From an uncultured virus (IMG/VR IMGVR_UViG_3300032562_000006) (lineage: Duplodnaviria > Heunggongvirae > Uroviricota > Caudoviricetes): a stretch of DNA of 20,000 nt. Made by a program: the position numbers and the translations under genes. Location: the IMG/VR virus record IMGVR_UViG_3300032562_000006; one strand, given 5' to 3'. Below are positions 16,557-20,000 of this stretch, piece after piece. The notes under the pieces were generated by a model. That model worked only from the letters and a program-made list of their open reading frames with translations. It made no database searches and was not told where the DNA came from. How positions within the stretch are numbered: the stretch's first letter is position 1; the number at the start of each line of letters is the position of its first letter.

Positions 16557-16712
16557 TCAGTCCTTCGGCTCAGCGTACTCGGATCTGGTGATGTGACCGC
16601 CTAGCCAGCAGTACCAGAGTTTGCTGTCCACGTGCATCCACTGGTCCCTCCCTGTTCGCACTCTGCGGATTTTCTTCTTGCACCACTTGCACTCACTAAC
16701 CGGTCCGTACAT
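16557..16712 (-). CDS. 51-aa Zn-binding-type protein (CKWC...WMH...YC...AEP)
   Basis: Manual translation; TGATG coupling. Confidence 0.7.
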   Translation of the reverse strand: MYGPVSECKWCKKKIRRVRTGRDQWMHVDSKLWYCWLGGHITRSEYAEPKD

Positions 16713-16981
16713 CAGCACACTCGCATCCGCGCGCACTCGTGCCCGCGCGCCCAGTCCGTCAGCTCTTCCAGCCCGACGGCATCCTGCCGTCCTCCAGGTC
16801 CGCCTCCGAATTCAGCTCTCCCGCCGCACACCCAGCAGCGGACCTGGACCGGCTCAACCCACTCAGCCCCCTCGTCACTCCAGCCCCTCACCTGGAACTT
16901 CCGCTCATCCGCCTGCGCGAGCACCACGTCTCCGATTCGCACCTCAGCTCCCGTCACCGGCAGCCGCTGCTTCCCGCTCAC
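16712..16981 (-). CDS. 89-aa protein, AEVRIGD N-module plus CWVC...HEC
   Basis: AAGGAG RBS before GTG. Confidence 0.7.
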   Translation of the reverse strand: MSGKQRLPVTGAEVRIGDVVLAQADERKFQVRGWSDEGAEWVEPVQVRCWVCGGRAEFGGGPGGRQDAVGLEELTDWARGHECARMRVC

Positions 16982-17603
16982 TCCGCTCCTTTTCTTCTTC
17001 TGCGTACAGTATCCCGAGACTAACCAGCTGGTACATCCGCGTCTCGTACCAGTCCGTCCCGATCCACCGGAGCACCCAGTTGCAGAGCCGCCACGCCAGC
17101 CAGTCCCGTTTCCCTCTCATCGTCAGTTCCAGCTGCATCAGACGTCGCGCCTGCGCGCCTCCTCTATCTCCATCCCCATCCGACGGCACCGCTTCCAGTT
17201 CCGACCTCTCCACCCCGGCCGCCGCGCACACCTGGTTCAGCAGGTCTTCATGCGCCTGGAGAGGATTCCGACCCCGGCCTATGCACCAGCTCTGCGCCGC
17301 AGCACGCGCCCACCAATCTGCGCACTCACTATCCGACCCAGACCAGTCCTCCCATTCCGCTGTCACCAGCGTCTCCGTATCCACCGGAAACGCTATCCAG
17401 TCTCCGCCCGGTCCCTCATACGTACCGCTGTAACGCACCTGGACAATTGTGACGGGATACAGATGTGCCCGTCGCCCGAATCCGCCGGGAGCGATATACA
17501 GCTGGCTTTCCAGAATCAAGCTCATCTCTCCCGTTAGACCGGGACCCGGCATGCGCACCCGATACCAGAATTCCATGTCATCCCCGCAGCGTTCCGCGCT
17601 CAC
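16944..17603 (-). CDS. Hypothetical protein with YPVTIVQVRYSGTYEG core; start uncertain (17603 or 17687)
   Basis: Long ORF; GGAGGTG RBS before GTG 17603. Confidence 0.7.
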   Translation of the reverse strand: MSAERCGDDMEFWYRVRMPGPGLTGEMSLILESQLYIAPGGFGRRAHLYPVTIVQVRYSGTYEGPGGDWIAFPVDTETLVTAEWEDWSGSDSECADWWARAAAQSWCIGRGRNPLQAHEDLLNQVCAAAGVERSELEAVPSDGDGDRGGAQARRLMQLELTMRGKRDWLAWRLCNWVLRWIGTDWYETRMYQLVSLGILYAEEEKERSEREAAAAGDGS

Positions 17604-17696
17604 TCCGTCACCTCCCGCACTTCCAGCATCGGCCAGCAGCGTCACCTCGCCCATCTCGCCGTAGCCGAGCATCTGCCCGCGCGCCACCGTCCCGGT

Positions 17697-17855
17697 TCAG
17701 CACCACCTCCACCTGACGCCCGAGCGCTGCAGCTCGCCCGCCTCCCAGCCGCACGCGCACATGACGGTCACGCACACGTGCCGGTTTTCCAGGCGGAATC
17801 CGTCCTCCCTCTGGCAGCGCGGGCACCGCACCAGTCCAAAGGACAGCGCGCTCAC
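17697..17855 (-). CDS. 52-aa Zn-ribbon protein (CPRC...CACG)
   Basis: GAGGTG RBS and GTGA overlap. Confidence 0.65.
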   Translation of the reverse strand: MSALSFGLVRCPRCQREDGFRLENRHVCVTVMCACGWEAGELQRSGVRWRWC

Positions 17856-18064
17856 TCCGTCACCTCGTGCAGCGGAGTTCCATCTCCGCACGGGACGCAC
17901 TCAAACACCACGCCACCCGGCACGCCGAGCAGAGCGCGATGTCCTCGGCACAGATCCGCGTCGTATTCATGACCTCGCGCGCATCTCAATCGCACCGACA
18001 GCAGCGCCCGCTCCTGACACGCACCGTCAGCGCCGGTGCTTTCCACGTGACAGCGATGACCCAT
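17852..18064 (-). CDS. 70-aa Cys-rich protein, paralogue of 16347..16550
   Basis: GGAGGAGAGG RBS before ATG 18064. Confidence 0.75.
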   Translation of the reverse strand: MGHRCHVESTGADGACQERALLSVRLRCARGHEYDADLCRGHRALLGVPGGVVFECVPCGDGTPLHEVTE

Positions 18065-18169
18065 TCTAGTCCTCTCCTCCACCGGAACTGCTCGCGCAGT
18101 CAGCCAGCCGCAACTCGCACGCTCACGTCCGCATCGACTGGAAACCAAGTGCTCGAACGCACGCCGCCC

Positions 18170-18772
18170 TCACTCATCCGCCCCGCCGCCTGGCACCGGC
18201 AGGCGGAAGTACCGGATCACCCGCTCAGCCACCTCCTCGGGCGTCAGCAGCGTGCTGTCGATGCGCAGCCAGTCCGGACCGTCGAATCGTCCGCCCGAAT
18301 CCAGCTGGTACAATGCATCCATCCGACTCAGACGCGCCTGAGTCGCACGCAGATCACGCTGCGTGGGCTTCGCCGCCAGGCGAGATGCACCCTCAGTCCG
18401 GCGCAGCCGCTCCTGCGCATCCGCCTGCAGCTCCACAGTCAGCACGCGAGCGCCTCTAGCACGGAACGGACGCTCGTACTCTGCACTGAGTGCCTGCTCC
18501 GCAGGATTATCGAACAGATGCACGCGAGTGAGGATGAGTCCCGGTCCGGCACCCGCCGCCGATTCTTCCAGAATGAGACGGCGGATGCCCATGTTCACCC
18601 GCTGGAACGCGGGATCATCGTAGTCGAACAATGCAGCCGCGACTTCGATGGACATGTGATTGTGAAACAGCTTCAAGCCGATGCGCTCCGCGATGACGCG
18701 CCCGACGCTCATCTTCCCTACGGCCATCGGGCCGACGATAACCAACAGCAGCGGTGAGGGATTGTCATTCAT
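18170..18772 (-). CDS. P-loop small-molecule/nucleotide kinase-like protein (shikimate kinase/AAA-like fold)
   Basis: N-terminal Walker A GPMAVGKM after a hydrophobic strand; ERLRR lid motif; IDST..TPEEVA C-terminus. Confidence 0.8.
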   Translation of the reverse strand: MNDNPSPLLLVIVGPMAVGKMSVGRVIAERIGLKLFHNHMSIEVAAALFDYDDPAFQRVNMGIRRLILEESAAGAGPGLILTRVHLFDNPAEQALSAEYERPFRARGARVLTVELQADAQERLRRTEGASRLAAKPTQRDLRATQARLSRMDALYQLDSGGRFDGPDWLRIDSTLLTPEEVAERVIRYFRLPVPGGGADE

Positions 18773-18971
18773 CAAGCACTTCCTCCGTCACGGTCATCCG
18801 CACCATCCGGACCATCTTCCCTGCCTGCCGGTACATGACCAGGACAGACGTCCGGTATGCGGGATCTTTGAAGCTGTCCAGCGACATCTCGTCTTTCCAG
18901 AACACCGGCTCCGTATCCGGTATCACCGTCTGCAGCACGTAGCTGACCGTCACTGCAGTCGCATCACTCAT
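18765..18971 (-). CDS. 68-aa hypothetical protein
   Basis: 8-nt overlaps with both neighbours. Confidence 0.7.
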   Translation of the reverse strand: MSDATAVTVSYVLQTVIPDTEPVFWKDEMSLDSFKDPAYRTSVLVMYRQAGKMVRMVRMTVTEEVLDE

Positions 18972-19764
18972 CGGCTGCCCCGCACACCCGCTCCACGTCC
19001 ACCAGCTGCCAGTTCCGGTCCGCTCCGTCCATCTGCAGGGCGGTCACGTGCACGCCGGAGTGCCAGCGGTCTGCCGCCACATGATAGTGACCGTGCAGCA
19101 CCCGGATCACCCCGACGCCGCGCGCCATCCGCTCCAGCAATCGAGAATGCGCGCAAGCCTCCGGCAGCACCGGACGCCACGCCTCCATCGGCGATCCGAG
19201 CAAGTCCCACGGAACCCACGACTCGGGACAGTCATGACTCAACAGCACGTCGGCAGGCCCCGCCGCCACTATCGCGTCCGCCTGCACCTCGGTGATCTCC
19301 TCCTCCGGCCACCAGCTGACTCCTGCGGTACGCCGGAGCTTATCCACCGACACCGCGCCCCCGACCGCCAGCCACGTCCGTCCCGCCCACCGCCAGCGCG
19401 TCCCGCGCGGGAGATAGCGGATGCGATCCATGTTCGGCAGCGGAATCGGGACTGGATACGGAAGCTGCGCGGCAGTTCCGGCGTCGGCGCAGAGCTGGCG
19501 GATGTCCGGGTGGAACTCGTGATTCCCGTCCAGCCACCACAGCTCCATGTCGCGCTCGCGCAGCTCCTCCTGCATCAGCAGCAGGCCGGGGTTATCCGGC
19601 GCGGGCCGGAACCCGAAATCACCCAGCTGGATGACGAGCTTCCGTGTTTCGCCCGCCTCCGTCAGCGCAGCATCTGCCAGGGCGATCACGTGCAGTGCCC
19701 AGCGCCAGTTCCCGTGCCAGTCACCTGCGACGACAACGAACTGCGGCTCGCCTAGCTCATTCAT
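18964..19764 (-). CDS. Calcineurin-like metallophosphoesterase
   Basis: All five motifs: GDWHG, LGDFG, DGNHE, LSHD, HGHYH. Confidence 0.92.
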   Translation of the reverse strand: MNELGEPQFVVVAGDWHGNWRWALHVIALADAALTEAGETRKLVIQLGDFGFRPAPDNPGLLLMQEELRERDMELWWLDGNHEFHPDIRQLCADAGTAAQLPYPVPIPLPNMDRIRYLPRGTRWRWAGRTWLAVGGAVSVDKLRRTAGVSWWPEEEITEVQADAIVAAGPADVLLSHDCPESWVPWDLLGSPMEAWRPVLPEACAHSRLLERMARGVGVIRVLHGHYHVAADRWHSGVHVTALQMDGADRNWQLVDVERVCGAADE

Positions 19765-19843
19765 TCCGTCTTTCCGTCCTTCCTGAGGGTGAGGGGGTCG
19801 AGTGACTCAGGCATCGCGCTTCACCTTCGCGACTCACAGTCAT
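19757..19843 (-). CDS. 28-aa mini-ORF
   Basis: GGAGGAG RBS; 8-nt overlap with phosphoesterase start. Confidence 0.4.
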   Translation of the reverse strand: MTVSREGEARCLSHSTPSPSGRTERRNE

Positions 19844-19859
19844 TTATCTCCTCCCTCGG

Positions 19860-19886
19860 GAGGGGGCGGGCGCAGCCCGCCCCCTC
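19860..19886. terminator. 12-bp GC hairpin, terminator-like
   Basis: GAGGGGGCGGGC-GCA-GCCCGCCCCCTC just downstream of a stop codon. Confidence 0.5.
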
Positions 19887-19905
19887 ACTATAACCCGCGC
19901 GCCGG

Positions 19906-20000
19906 TCAGCCGCGCGTCACCCGGGCGGTCACTGCCACGCCGCTGTCCAGGCGGACGTCCGGCAGGACGTCCACTGCATGCCGCACCGCGTTTGTCATGA
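19906..20000 (-). CDS. 3' end of a gene probably extending beyond the window
   Basis: Open frame ...MTNAVRHAVDVLPDVRLDSGVAVTARVTRG*. Confidence 0.5.
   Translation of the reverse strand, partial: MTNAVRHAVDVLPDVRLDSGVAVTARVTRG

Noticed and set aside
18100..18177. 25-aa ORF MSEGGVRSSTWFPVDADVSVRVAAG
   Set aside because: Plausible coupling but too short, with no other support

Overview
High-GC window, probably from an actinobacterial phage (a plasmid or other MGE is not excluded, because no hallmark structural, replication or integrase gene is present). About 55 mostly small genes all lie on the minus strand. It has three parts. (1) 1-14713: an array of tiny hypothetical genes in 1-6 gene units. 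Most units are preceded by the same two-hairpin element, found by eye in 21 copies plus 3 variants: a long stem with a wobble pair at position 4, stacked directly on a short, usually 5-bp, tetraloop hairpin, with extensive covariation. This is followed by an extended Shine-Dalgarno, CAAGGAAGGAAG. (2) 14714-15930: a lower-GC non-coding control region with a candidate ~400-nt structured RNA, palindromes, iteron-like repeats and a strong hairpin, where strand G/C skew flips. (3) 15931-20000: a tightly coupled operon of Cys-rich small proteins, a P-loop kinase and a metallophosphoesterase, lacking the element. Also seen: perfect actinobacterial LexA boxes, several paralogue families, many microsatellites, one frameshifted gene and one possible ATA start.
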